In this document: positions 1 through 9,863 of the stretch, one piece after another
Layout: each line of letters opens with the position of its first letter
Numbering within the stretch: position 1 is the first letter of the stretch
Source of the DNA: a virus
Taxonomy: Duplodnaviria > Caudoviricetes
DNA: 64,000 nucleotides
Strand: one strand, 5' to 3'
Virus record (IMG/VR): IMGVR_UViG_3300042258_000071
Span: 172,444-236,443 of that record
Position numbers and translations under genes: made by a program
The notes under the pieces: model-generated
Databases searched by the model: none
Told to the model about the DNA's origin: nothing
The model's input: the letters and a program-made list of their open reading frames with translations, nothing else

Positions 1-2
1 AT

Positions 3-545
3 CGGGGCGATAAACGGGTTGCCGTCGGTTACGTTGGTGGGATCTTTGAAGATCCGGATACCATGAAAAAAGAGTTTGCGTGGGGAGAGGGCGGAACATT
101 ACTAGAAGCATGTATTGCTCTCCACCGTAAATTCACCTCATCGGTGATATTGACGGTGTATGAACTTGCACATCGCAGTACTTCAACCAAATACTTGTGC
201 CCGTTTGGCAGCCGAGGACACAAAGTATATGCTGAAGAGATGAACTCTGAGGAAATTAGTATGCATATCGATTTCCCGTACAACCTTGAAGCATTGATGC
301 AACACTCCGAAGATACGATACGCGGATTTTCACTAAAATATTACGCCAATGAAAGTGGATCATCCGTGACGCTAAAATTACGTAAAACTGGTATGCATTT
401 TGTTGCGGCATCTCTCTCAGATGCGATCGCATCGGCGTGCCACTATATTCCGGATTTTGACATGGCCACTCAACGGCCATGTATCAGTGATGGGAAACTC
501 TGCATCGTGGATATCTTCCAGTGGAAAGACGATCCATCTATCTGA
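3..545 (+). CDS. hypothetical protein, probably 5'-truncated by the window edge
   Basis: The frame of ORF 63..545 stays open back to position 3 (RGDKRVAVGYVGGIFEDPDTM...). Confidence 0.7.
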   Translation, partial: RGDKRVAVGYVGGIFEDPDTMKKEFAWGEGGTLLEACIALHRKFTSSVILTVYELAHRSTSTKYLCPFGSRGHKVYAEEMNSEEISMHIDFPYNLEALMQHSEDTIRGFSLKYYANESGSSVTLKLRKTGMHFVAASLSDAIASACHYIPDFDMATQRPCISDGKLCIVDIFQWKDDPSI

Positions 546-563
546 CTAGAGGCGTATTCCTGT

Positions 564-797
564 ATGGGAAAATTAACCAAAACACAACGTTTAAAGAGAC
601 GCTTTTCTCGCGTCTCTGAGCGATTTGGTAGAGTGCAAAACTATCTTGACGATTATACTGCAATTGCTCTCCAGACACAATTTAAGGTGCTTAGTTTCGA
701 CATTGCAATACAGCACGACAAACCGTATGCACTTGAACGTCGTATAGACCAATTGGGTCACAGACTTTCACTATATACTGCAGTAAGTACTTTATAA
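564..797 (+). CDS. hypothetical protein
   Basis: GAGG RBS; co-oriented gene array. Confidence 0.65.
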   Translation: MGKLTKTQRLKRRFSRVSERFGRVQNYLDDYTAIALQTQFKVLSFDIAIQHDKPYALERRIDQLGHRLSLYTAVSTL

Positions 798-842
798 TGT
801 GAATATCAGTTTCAATCTCAAACATACAGAAAGGCTCCGGTT

Positions 843-1430
843 ATGGATTTTGATCAATGGGTATCAAATGCTGAGTTGGCCGGCCTATTCACGGCGGAGG
901 AATATCCCGGTGATAAATTTGGCAATTACGGCGGAATGCCTCCAAATCATCTGTTTTATTATGCAACAAGTGGCATGATTAATGGACTCGTTAATTATGT
1001 CAATATTTCCAGAGGGTTCTTAACCAATCGAAACGGACAGCATTTAAAGGAAGATTTGGAAGACCAATTTGAAGATGGGGGTCACTGTCTTGAAAGCCTA
1101 AGTGCTGAAGATCGATATCAACGATTCCTTAATATATTGGAGTCGAGGCACAACTTCGATCCCAACATCTTTGACGATGTGATCTTGTTCGGAGAAACGG
1201 ACTTCGATCTGTGGATGTTGGAATATGCACAATCTGGACGTTCCCGTATCATGCGGGTGGCGAAGAAAACCTTTCCAGACATGTCCCTGTCGGAACTGAT
1301 CGCTATGGTGGAACAACGTCATTCGAAATGCTGGCAACGTGAGGATAATGATCCTCATGGATTTGGCAATGGCGATGCTCCTATGTTCTTGGAAATTCGT
1401 CGACAACAGTGGGGTTGGATTTCCGAATAA
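843..1430 (+). CDS. hypothetical protein
   Basis: 195-aa ORF with AAGG RBS. Confidence 0.75.
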   Translation: MDFDQWVSNAELAGLFTAEEYPGDKFGNYGGMPPNHLFYYATSGMINGLVNYVNISRGFLTNRNGQHLKEDLEDQFEDGGHCLESLSAEDRYQRFLNILESRHNFDPNIFDDVILFGETDFDLWMLEYAQSGRSRIMRVAKKTFPDMSLSELIAMVEQRHSKCWQREDNDPHGFGNGDAPMFLEIRRQQWGWISE

Positions 1431-1509
1431 ACCCTATTGATATCCGATAGCAGGCCAAAGCCCCACTACCTATGATCATTGATTCTTTGATAATTTGAAA
1501 GCCCTGAAC

Positions 1510-1920
1510 ATGAAATTATATCATACGACCGTCGATGAACTGTCCAATCTCATCGGTAACATTTCTGAAGATTATCTCGCATGTTCCTACAACGATCGCG
1601 ATGTCATGACACTCATGTGCGAACGCGATATCGGTTCTGGTAAACGATCTCCATGGGGAGGTTGGGGCATTGTTGATTTCATGAAAGAAAAACTGACTCC
1701 AGCCGGAGTGGTGCTGGAAGATTACTTCTGGGAAGTCGTTCTCCATGTTGGCGTTTGGCCGGGTTTGGATGGTACGTACGAACTAGGCTCCGCTGAGTTT
1801 AAAGAATACGTCCTCAGTGAAAAATCGTTATTCCATTCGGAAGATAGGGACTTAACGATGCGCACCATGGATAGCGTTATTAACCGGTTTAAAGAACGAA
1901 GGACTTCAGAAGAGGTATAA
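1510..1920 (+). CDS. hypothetical protein
   Basis: ORF 1495..1920; first ATG at 1510; followed by a hairpin at ~1939-1967. Confidence 0.7.
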   Translation: MKLYHTTVDELSNLIGNISEDYLACSYNDRDVMTLMCERDIGSGKRSPWGGWGIVDFMKEKLTPAGVVLEDYFWEVVLHVGVWPGLDGTYELGSAEFKEYVLSEKSLFHSEDRDLTMRTMDSVINRFKERRTSEEV

Positions 1921-2085
1921 TCAGGATACTATACATAATAGTGGAGTGTGAAATTTCACATTCCACTTCTATTTTAACAAAATAATTCATTTGTATATAC
2001 TAGAAGTGTATACCTCACTCGGAAGTTGACGATGATGTTGATTGTAGTGAGTAATGTTAACTGTCCTGATGAATAGGATATCGAC

Positions 2086-3273
2086 ATGAATACGGAAATG
2101 AGACTCAATCTCTTTGAGACTGTAAACGATTCAGCGATTGTTGATTTGGTTGTGGAGTTTGTTTATGACTGGAATGCCCTTGTTAGAAAGGAGCTCAGTG
2201 AACGTAATAACGTTATAAGACTGAGTGCGGTCGAATCAGGTTCGTTCAAATTATACATGAAATTCTGGGAAGATTTGAATGCAGAAGTAAAACCTCTGTT
2301 TCTATCAGATCGGGAAATCTCTGAAGCATCACTAATATCAGGTGACACCTCGATCAGTTCACTAGATACCAATGCCCCAGTTGAGTGTAATATTGGTAAC
2401 TCAAATGTTTATTCACAAAAGAATGGTGGGGACACCCCTTCTTTCTTCGATGGAGCAGGACGTAAACGCCTATCACCGACCTATCGGGTGAACTGGTTTG
2501 AAGATAATGTGATGCTTGATTATGTCGGTGGGATTCAGGTGGAATCTCAGTTTTCTTACATCGGGTTTGGGCGCATTGAGAAACTTGTTGTGTTCTCTGC
2601 TTTGGAAACATGCCCCCGCCACAATATCTTTAAAAATATGAGACAGGTTTACCAGGATTTGTTTCAGTTCATAGCCACTGAAATTTTCCCTCTCACTCAA
2701 AAAGTGTCTCTTGATGAAAACCCCGATGAAAGTATGAAATTAGAGAAAAATGCTAGTTGGCTTTATTGGGAAATCATGATGACGCATCTATTCAATAGTG
2801 AATTCCCAAAAGCTAGTAAAAATCTATGGTGGAAGCTACCTGAAGCTACCTCAAATCTTTTGACCAAATTTAAAATAACTGAGAAATACAAAGAGGTACT
2901 AAATTCTAAATATATAATCTTGCATAAACATATCTTTGACTTTCTCTCTCGCAAATATGGGATGATTGGATATTCTAACGGAGTAGGACTTTGTCAAATA
3001 TCTAAAGAAACTTGGCATAACTGCTTTCAGAATCCTCCGGAAAACATCACTATCCCTATTCCAGGATTTGGGGAAGTATCAGCACTGATGACGATCTATC
3101 GTTATGCTCAATATCGATGCAAGCCTTTCGGATTCAGAGCATGGCAAACCCCTCAGAAAGATGCTGTTCATTCTGTCTTAAAATGTCCTCATGGAAAAGA
3201 TCCTTTCGATCAAAAGAAGCGTCATGAGAAATATCGTACTGTAACAGAGAATGACATTGTCCCTATGGATTAA
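2086..3273 (+). CDS. hypothetical protein
   Basis: 395-aa ORF with AGGA RBS. Confidence 0.8.
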   Translation: MNTEMRLNLFETVNDSAIVDLVVEFVYDWNALVRKELSERNNVIRLSAVESGSFKLYMKFWEDLNAEVKPLFLSDREISEASLISGDTSISSLDTNAPVECNIGNSNVYSQKNGGDTPSFFDGAGRKRLSPTYRVNWFEDNVMLDYVGGIQVESQFSYIGFGRIEKLVVFSALETCPRHNIFKNMRQVYQDLFQFIATEIFPLTQKVSLDENPDESMKLEKNASWLYWEIMMTHLFNSEFPKASKNLWWKLPEATSNLLTKFKITEKYKEVLNSKYIILHKHIFDFLSRKYGMIGYSNGVGLCQISKETWHNCFQNPPENITIPIPGFGEVSALMTIYRYAQYRCKPFGFRAWQTPQKDAVHSVLKCPHGKDPFDQKKRHEKYRTVTENDIVPMD

Positions 3274-3429
3274 TCATTATTTAAGAGATAAGGAGGTAAC
3301 ATCTAATGCCGACTTCTCAAAAGAACGGGTACAATTAATCACTGTTACGTGGTCTTAGGTAGAACAACAAACTCAGGGGAGGGACATTTGTCCCTCCCCT
3401 TTATATTCTACATGAAAGGAAAACCCACC

Positions 3430-4071
3430 ATGGCTGACGCATTTGATCCTAAATCACTCCTTGATGGGATGGATGAAATTTCTGGAAAACAGGAATTCGT
3501 ACGGTTCATGCCAATTAACATGATCATGATTGAGAAATATGATCAAAGAGAAAACCCATTCCCAGTGAGTGTGGATCACCTTGTTCCATTCACCGATGCC
3601 TCGTCAAACACTAATATACATCTAAGGACCCCGACTTCCGACTCCACTGCGCATCAAAACAACATATCTTTCTGGTTCGGCGGATTTAGCGTGATTCTAC
3701 AAGATCTTTCGCACGCTATACATGGAACGCCGCCAAAAGGTAAATCACTGACAACGCGCGTAGGCTCATCAGCTACGGGTCAGTCCATGCTAGCGCATTT
3801 TGTTGGATATCGGTCGTATTGGATGACAACCTTGGTGTTTGATGATGCTAGAAACGAAAAGAAGTATAAGTATCTACGGGTATTCCTACATGGAACTGTC
3901 AAGAAACACATCTCCGAGAAGGAAGAAGCTGTAATACTTTCACAGGTTGACGATCTATTGGATCAGATATGTAAACGTATGTTTGGGGACATGTCAGAAG
4001 AAGTATTTGAGAGAAGATGTCAGGACACCATAACGTCCCATGTGATTACCATGATACGTGACAACGCCTGA
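3430..4071 (+). CDS. hypothetical protein
   Basis: AAAGGA RBS before ATG 3430; the upstream in-frame GTG would run through a terminator-like hairpin. Confidence 0.75.
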   Translation: MADAFDPKSLLDGMDEISGKQEFVRFMPINMIMIEKYDQRENPFPVSVDHLVPFTDASSNTNIHLRTPTSDSTAHQNNISFWFGGFSVILQDLSHAIHGTPPKGKSLTTRVGSSATGQSMLAHFVGYRSYWMTTLVFDDARNEKKYKYLRVFLHGTVKKHISEKEEAVILSQVDDLLDQICKRMFGDMSEEVFERRCQDTITSHVITMIRDNA

Positions 4072-4636
4072 CCATATGAGGTTTGATATGAAAAATTTAA
4101 AATACGTTCACCATATAACTCAGCCTACAAATTTCTCATGTGCACATGCTTGCCTTTCTATGGTAACTGGCATTGATGTATATGATATCATTTCAAGATG
4201 GACACGCCCCATTTCTCACTGGGAAGTGTTGACAATATTAAGTGAAGAAGGGATTGGGATGATCCCGTATCTTCCAGGTGTTGGAGATCCTTTCGATCAC
4301 ACTGGGGTTTATCTTGTCACAGTTCCAAGTCTTAATAAGTCTGGTGTAACACACTCTGTCATCATGACATTGGATGAAGAAGGTGAGTACACTGTATATG
4401 ATCCTAACAAAGGACGACAGATCAATAAGGATCAGTTATTCAGCGATGACCAGTCTAAATCTGAAAAAGTGATACGATACTACACTGCAGATAACTTCTT
4501 CATTAGGAATCATAATTCAGATATTCCACCCATGAGGTGCTGTGAAGCATTTAGATTAATATCCCTAAGAGACCATCGAGCAACACCAGCTCGGATCGAT
4601 CGCATGCAAAAACTTCTTAATATTACTCAAGCTTAA
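4058..4636 (+). CDS. papain-like (peptidase C39-like) cysteine protease
   Basis: QPTNFSCAHACLSM (Q...C nucleophile), GVTHSVI (His) and VYDP (Asp) motifs. Confidence 0.7.
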   Translation: MTTPDHMRFDMKNLKYVHHITQPTNFSCAHACLSMVTGIDVYDIISRWTRPISHWEVLTILSEEGIGMIPYLPGVGDPFDHTGVYLVTVPSLNKSGVTHSVIMTLDEEGEYTVYDPNKGRQINKDQLFSDDQSKSEKVIRYYTADNFFIRNHNSDIPPMRCCEAFRLISLRDHRATPARIDRMQKLLNITQA

Positions 4637-4649
4637 AACTAGGTGAAAG

Positions 4650-4928
4650 TTGATGAACAGAAATGATGTCCCCATGAAAAAGAAAATGTCAATTCAAGAT
4701 AGGGGTAATTTAGAGACCATCTATAGAAACCTGGTATCCCTCCGAGAAGAACTTTATGAAACACAAACAGTTTTAACACCTTCTGAAATTACCATTATAG
4801 ATAAACTGTCCAATGAATTGATTAAAATTCGAAATCAAGATATGATTATAAATAACAATTCAAATGTCTTATCAAAGGAGATTGCATCTAAATGGGGTTA
4901 TCTACAGGACGAGTATCTCAAATATTGA
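4650..4928 (+). CDS. hypothetical protein
   Basis: 92-aa ORF with AGGTG RBS. Confidence 0.6.
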   Translation: MMNRNDVPMKKKMSIQDRGNLETIYRNLVSLREELYETQTVLTPSEITIIDKLSNELIKIRNQDMIINNNSNVLSKEIASKWGYLQDEYLKY

Positions 4929-4961
4929 AAAATTGTTTCTTAAAAAGTTCCAACTAAAAAC

Positions 4962-5426
4962 ATGAAGATTTACCATTACTCACCATCATTTATTATGAAT
5001 GTATCATCTTTACATTCTAGGACTCAGGACTATACAAATGTTTACTGCTACTTCTTCTTTGAGCCCATTCCAATGAACCTCATTAAAGAGCATTTCAGTG
5101 AAACATCTCCACTCCTAAGACATGGAGAGTTATGGGAGAATATTATCGATATAGATGAACTCCCTCCTTCTCTTCCCTTTGAAATATTAGAAACAGATCA
5201 CCTATTTAAACAGGTATTGTCGGGTATTGGAAATGATGACCTTAAAGGGTATACTGAACTTTTTAAAGGTATGACCCATAAAGCATATGAAGATCTGATC
5301 AATCGAGCAGATTTTGAGGATTTCAATAAAGAGTATTATGCACCATATGTTCCACATCTTAAATTAAGAACGGACGACTTTGAAATACCAATACATTCAA
5401 AAATTGAAATATTGTCATTTTTATAA
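4962..5426 (+). CDS. hypothetical protein, paralog of 10844..11428
   Basis: Shares YHYSP, FF(E/D)P(I/V)P..LI..H, R.DF and YYA..VPH motifs with 10844..11428. Confidence 0.75.
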   Translation: MKIYHYSPSFIMNVSSLHSRTQDYTNVYCYFFFEPIPMNLIKEHFSETSPLLRHGELWENIIDIDELPPSLPFEILETDHLFKQVLSGIGNDDLKGYTELFKGMTHKAYEDLINRADFEDFNKEYYAPYVPHLKLRTDDFEIPIHSKIEILSFL

Positions 5427-5520
5427 GAAAACATGTATGACGATGCGAATTTATGGAGTGGGGATTTTTAATCCCCACTCTTACTTTTTTTTACGTGTGA
5501 TGTTTAATCGATTTCAGGTA

Positions 5521-5535
5521 TATATTACTTATATG
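5521..5535 (+). promoter_or_regulatory. early promoter TATATTAC-N5-TG
   Basis: Matches the phiKZ early (virion RNAP) promoter consensus TATATTAC; recurs in intergenic positions across the window. Confidence 0.75.
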
Positions 5536-5698
5536 AAATTTGTCCAGCTTCTATCCATTATTAAAAATGGTGAAAAACTTAGATCCATCTCTGGACATGA
5601 CATTATTAAATCTGATGAAACCGATATGGATCACCGATGCGGACTTTTGGCCTACGGCTTCTGACGTTGTAAAAACCTCATCCTAAAAGGAAATCTTC

Positions 5699-6163
5699 AT
5701 GGACAATAATCTAAGAGTAGTGCGCAGAATATCAAAGATGTCTTCCAAGGAATTTGCAACGAAAATAGGACTTCATTATTCAGTAGTTTATTCATTGGAA
5801 CGGCTGAATCCTAATGTGGATAGATTTCCATTCCAGCGTTTCATGGAGATCTCGGAGATACTTAAGTGCCCGATCGAAACTCTTCTCCCGGGCATTGATA
5901 CCTATGCGCGCAATCGAATACAAAGGGGGGAGAACCCTTTGCGAGTATATCGTGTCATGAAGGGGATTAGTCAGGATGAGCTGGGAGAGATGATTGGGAT
6001 CTCACAATCGATGATGACCAGATATGAACTGGGTGAAAGTATTCCGGCAATCCCTCTTGTGTTCAAATGTGCAAAGATCCTCATGTGTGATCCAGTGGAA
6101 CTCTTTAATTTCTATAAAGATATGGAGTCACATGAAGACGGAACCAGAGCCACTCTCAAGTAG
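5699..6163 (+). CDS. tandem XRE-family HTH transcriptional regulator
   Basis: Two Cro/C1-type HTHs: LRVVRRISKMSSKEFATKIG...SLER and LRVYRVMKGISQDELGEMIGISQSMMTRYELG. Confidence 0.85.
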   Translation: MDNNLRVVRRISKMSSKEFATKIGLHYSVVYSLERLNPNVDRFPFQRFMEISEILKCPIETLLPGIDTYARNRIQRGENPLRVYRVMKGISQDELGEMIGISQSMMTRYELGESIPAIPLVFKCAKILMCDPVELFNFYKDMESHEDGTRATLK

Positions 6164-6244
6164 TATATCTCTGGTGAATAACCTTTTACATGTAGATGGG
6201 AAGCATGCTTCCCATCTATACTTCTTAATCTTGGAGGTCTCTAT

Positions 6245-6454
6245 ATGCAAATACGAAACCATGTAAATAAAAAAATGAGATGTCGGGGGCCTGATAAAGA
6301 ACCCTCTAATCATAGACAGAAACGAAAGGGTAGGAGATTATCTAAAAAGATAGGAACTAGAATGGCACGAAGGAGGTTTAATCGCGATTTCAATCTAAGG
6401 ACTAATTTGGCGTGGGTTCTATCTAGAGAAGAGACAGATTATTATAGAAGATAA
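6245..6454 (+). CDS. small, highly basic protein
   Basis: GGAGG RBS; Arg/Lys-rich 69 aa. Confidence 0.6.
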   Translation: MQIRNHVNKKMRCRGPDKEPSNHRQKRKGRRLSKKIGTRMARRRFNRDFNLRTNLAWVLSREETDYYRR

Positions 6455-6664
6455 GTATACGTCATATATGTTAGAATTATTGTTATGGAAATATCTAACT
6501 ACTATTAGATATACTTAACATACACATCTAACATATTTGTATATTTTAAATAAGTATCCTTAGAGATCATTTAGAAAACTTATTATATCTAATGATCCCT
6601 AAGGATGTTTCTAATAATCAATTTCTTTTTGTTAAAATCCGTAGTGTTATATTAGGAGATTTTT

Positions 6665-6976
6665 GTGACAACTATTTACGATTTACATATGAAGACTCTT
6701 GTCGAGAGCCTTGCATTGGATACTAAGGCTTTATGGGTATCGATTTCAAAAACGAATGAGACTTTAAATTCTCACCAGCGGCTTGCACGTGCGAATGCAT
6801 ACAGACAGCTAACGGGCATTGTTTCCATTAAAACTTTCTCCGAATTTAAGCATGTGGCAGATAGTCTACTTGATATCAAAATTCACTCTATGGGGATGTC
6901 ATATAGCACGTCTGAATCCCCCATAGAAACGCGCGTGTATCTTCAGGATGATGGCACTATGCGCGCGCGATATTAA
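6665..6976 (+). CDS. hypothetical protein
   Basis: AGGAG RBS with GTG start. Confidence 0.7.
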   Translation: MTTIYDLHMKTLVESLALDTKALWVSISKTNETLNSHQRLARANAYRQLTGIVSIKTFSEFKHVADSLLDIKIHSMGMSYSTSESPIETRVYLQDDGTMRARY

Positions 6977-7026
6977 AAACACTGTTGTACTAAACTAAAC
7001 ACTTCCAACCAATAAAGGATATAGAA

Positions 7027-7860
7027 ATGTCTAAAGGTTCGCCAGTTAAGAAATATGCTAAATTTAAAAAAATAAAAGAAGGAGACATTCTCATTACGGG
7101 GGAGGTGGTTTATGATGCACGTATTACAGAATCCGTTTATGTAGTTAAAAAAACGGATAATGGAGACCTATACATCTCCTTGGAGGAAGAAATTTATTTG
7201 CTACAAGAACATGCCGCACGTAATGGCGGTACGCTCATGGGTTTTTCGAAAATTGGACCCCAAAATGGGTTAACATTTTCTCAGGCCTTGGAGATCTTAC
7301 AAGCGACCAACTATCATACCCTTCTTACCTTCACACCACCAAATACCGTACCAATGATTATTGGGGTGAAGATTATAGGACGTGAAAACACTCCCGAACT
7401 GATCAAACTTCGGTACTTTGAAAACCCTGGGATGTTGACCTATGAAGCGTGGGCCCCGCGACTTCAAGAACTGGAACATCATAATTGGGGGGTGTTGGAT
7501 GGCGGTAGTGGCATGTGGTGGCCTGATAAGGAACATGGGTGTTGTACAGAAAACGGAAAAGAAGAAGATAACAAAGCTACCAATAAACGACCGGATGGGG
7601 TCGTATCAATACTTGGTGAAATAATCTATCTTGGGGACATTCAGAGTATATCTTCAGTGTCTGGTCATGATGATGTATGGCACATCTCTGTGACCTTAAA
7701 AAATAGTAGTCGAAATTCCCTCATTGGGTATAATCAAGGTTACTCCCGAGAAGAGTTAATACAGGCACGATCAATGCTAGAAAAATTGTGGGTACACCAC
7801 TGTGATGTCCCACTCCTGTTAAACATCCCAGAATACGTTGTCCCTAGCACCGGAGCTTAA
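7027..7860 (+). CDS. multi-domain hypothetical protein with a central DUF2829/Tad2-like segment
   Basis: LTFSQALEILQ...WAPRLQELEHHNW resembles the F..AL..L...W.P...D....DW pattern. Confidence 0.55.
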   Translation: MSKGSPVKKYAKFKKIKEGDILITGEVVYDARITESVYVVKKTDNGDLYISLEEEIYLLQEHAARNGGTLMGFSKIGPQNGLTFSQALEILQATNYHTLLTFTPPNTVPMIIGVKIIGRENTPELIKLRYFENPGMLTYEAWAPRLQELEHHNWGVLDGGSGMWWPDKEHGCCTENGKEEDNKATNKRPDGVVSILGEIIYLGDIQSISSVSGHDDVWHISVTLKNSSRNSLIGYNQGYSREELIQARSMLEKLWVHHCDVPLLLNIPEYVVPSTGA

Positions 7861-7982
7861 ATACACATGAAGTAGGGGCAGGGTTATCCTGCCCCTACAC
7901 ATCCTTGTAATTAACTATATCTCATATTTATCCATTATGAGAGTAAGTTACTTCAAATACCTCATTAAATAGGAATGATTAA

Positions 7983-8201
7983 ATGACAGACACACTTGAC
8001 ACCATCAACATTGAGCAGCGTAAGTTCGATGACTTCATGAAAAAATTTAAAAGCGGTAAGTTTGGGACTCAACGTCTCGGACAAGCTTTTGAGAGTCACT
8101 TCAATCTTAGTCATATCCAAAAAATTAAAGATGTCAACATCTGGTCTAAGGATGGAGAACAGGCTCTTAACTGTATCAGATCTATTGTAACATTTTCCTA
8201 A
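7983..8201 (+). CDS. hypothetical protein
   Basis: AGGA RBS; 72 aa. Confidence 0.7.
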   Translation: MTDTLDTINIEQRKFDDFMKKFKSGKFGTQRLGQAFESHFNLSHIQKIKDVNIWSKDGEQALNCIRSIVTFS

Positions 8202-8214
8202 AAGACCATCTAAC

Positions 8215-8700
8215 ATGATCACTTACACAAATTGTCATTCCGTAATAGAAATGTTAGCAACCCTTCCTTTCATAAAAGATCTTGATCGCTACTACCCTAA
8301 CATAGAAGATTGGTATGTGAATAAAGTAATTCCCGGAATGATTCAGGGTTCAGATGGGATGGTCATCGCCAAAGATGGAGATACACCAATTGGAGTCGGA
8401 CTCTATAAGTCCGAACCATATGAGAAAAAGTTGCGATGCATTCGCGTACTTCCACCATATAAAGGTAGAGGTGTAGGTCTTCACTTAATTGATCGGACCC
8501 TTAAAAAACTAGACTGTGCTAAACCTACAGTGTCGGTTGCAGAAGAACTAATTCATGAGTATTCTAGAATATTTGTCAATCGATATGATTTTAAAATCTC
8601 TCATGTCTACCGAGGAATTTATCGTACGTCTAAATTGGAATACGAATTCAATGGACACCTCAACCTTGCAGACTCCCCACCCTATGGGTCAGTAGGTTAG
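8215..8700 (+). CDS. GNAT family acetyltransferase
   Basis: Acetyl-CoA motif A: IRVLPPYKGRGVGLHL. Confidence 0.85.
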   Translation: MITYTNCHSVIEMLATLPFIKDLDRYYPNIEDWYVNKVIPGMIQGSDGMVIAKDGDTPIGVGLYKSEPYEKKLRCIRVLPPYKGRGVGLHLIDRTLKKLDCAKPTVSVAEELIHEYSRIFVNRYDFKISHVYRGIYRTSKLEYEFNGHLNLADSPPYGSVG

Positions 8701-8895
8701 AAACGGAATAATTAGATGACCATTCAGAACTGCCCATTCATTACTCTGACGGTTCTGAATGGTCAAGTAAGAATGTCCTTGATAATTTCAAGACGGATGA
8801 CATTGTGAAAAATACAATGGAAGATATCCGTCAGATTCTACAGAAAAATGGTGTTGTGGTCAAAATTATCGACCATAGTTAAATTGGAGTTAGAA

Positions 8896-9396
8896 ATGAC
8901 ATCTCAGGTAAAAAAATCTAAGAGAAAGAGAAATCCTATCCCAGGGTTTGTTAAACCCCCAAAAGTAGATCTAAATAATTTGTCTCTTGAAGAGTGTGTT
9001 CAAAATTTATGGGAAAAACCAACTAAAGGATATATCTCAGCTCTCGCATTTAAACTTCGGGAAACATTTGAAATCAAACAACATGAAGCCTTGAGGATGG
9101 TCGCACATTGGTATGGGTTTGAATCCTATACTGATTTATTCTATTCTAAACTAGACATTTATACAAGTACTGAAGAAGATCGTACTTCTTATGAGAAACG
9201 CATACCTTATCGGGATGAAAATCGACTGTTTAGAAAAAGTCAAACTTCCAGACATAGAGTATATAAAGAAATTGAATCTTTACCTTCTAAGTCTCTACCT
9301 ATTCAAACGGGTCTTGATGAAATACATAAAAGACAATCTCACTCACCTATTGATAAAAACGCTGCAACTGAAATACTACCTCCCAAGTCAAACTGA
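8896..9396 (+). CDS. hypothetical protein with a glyoxalase-superfamily-associated helical domain
   Basis: AFKLRETFEIKQHEALRMVAHWYGFESY; GGAG RBS before ATG 8896. Confidence 0.55.
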   Translation: MTSQVKKSKRKRNPIPGFVKPPKVDLNNLSLEECVQNLWEKPTKGYISALAFKLRETFEIKQHEALRMVAHWYGFESYTDLFYSKLDIYTSTEEDRTSYEKRIPYRDENRLFRKSQTSRHRVYKEIESLPSKSLPIQTGLDEIHKRQSHSPIDKNAATEILPPKSN

Positions 9397-9419
9397 GATT
9401 TAAATTGGAGTTAGAATAG

Positions 9420-9809
9420 ATGCCAGGTATGAACATTGCAATTCTTAATGACGGTGAAGGTAACCCGATATCGGTAACCATGTCATATTCCATGTACCAG
9501 TCATTAATAGGTAAACCGGTAGAGTTGCCAGAATCGAATAATAGTGATGATCGGGTAATCATAGCTAACTCTATATGGTCAGGTACTTACTCAAAAGATC
9601 TTAGAGTTAAATTAGGATTGTCACAACAAGACGTGGCATCTATGTTAAGTATATCTCAATCGTCTCTCTCAAACTTTGAAAATGGCGTGCATAAACCATC
9701 CCAATCTCTGAGAATAGAGAAGATGGTAAGGCGTATATTAAAATTAGAAGGGAGTGATAAAAAAAAAATGAATATGAAGTACCATCTTCGATGTACTACG
9801 TCAGAATAA
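9420..9809 (+). CDS. XRE-family HTH regulator with an antitoxin-like N-terminus
   Basis: LRVKLGLSQQDVASMLSISQSSLSNFENG; N-terminal ILNDGEGNPISVTMSYSMYQSL. Confidence 0.8.
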   Translation: MPGMNIAILNDGEGNPISVTMSYSMYQSLIGKPVELPESNNSDDRVIIANSIWSGTYSKDLRVKLGLSQQDVASMLSISQSSLSNFENGVHKPSQSLRIEKMVRRILKLEGSDKKKMNMKYHLRCTTSE

Positions 9810-9863
9810 AGAAGTAGGATACTCATCATACCCTACCACGTAAACATGTAAAGGAGATCCACA

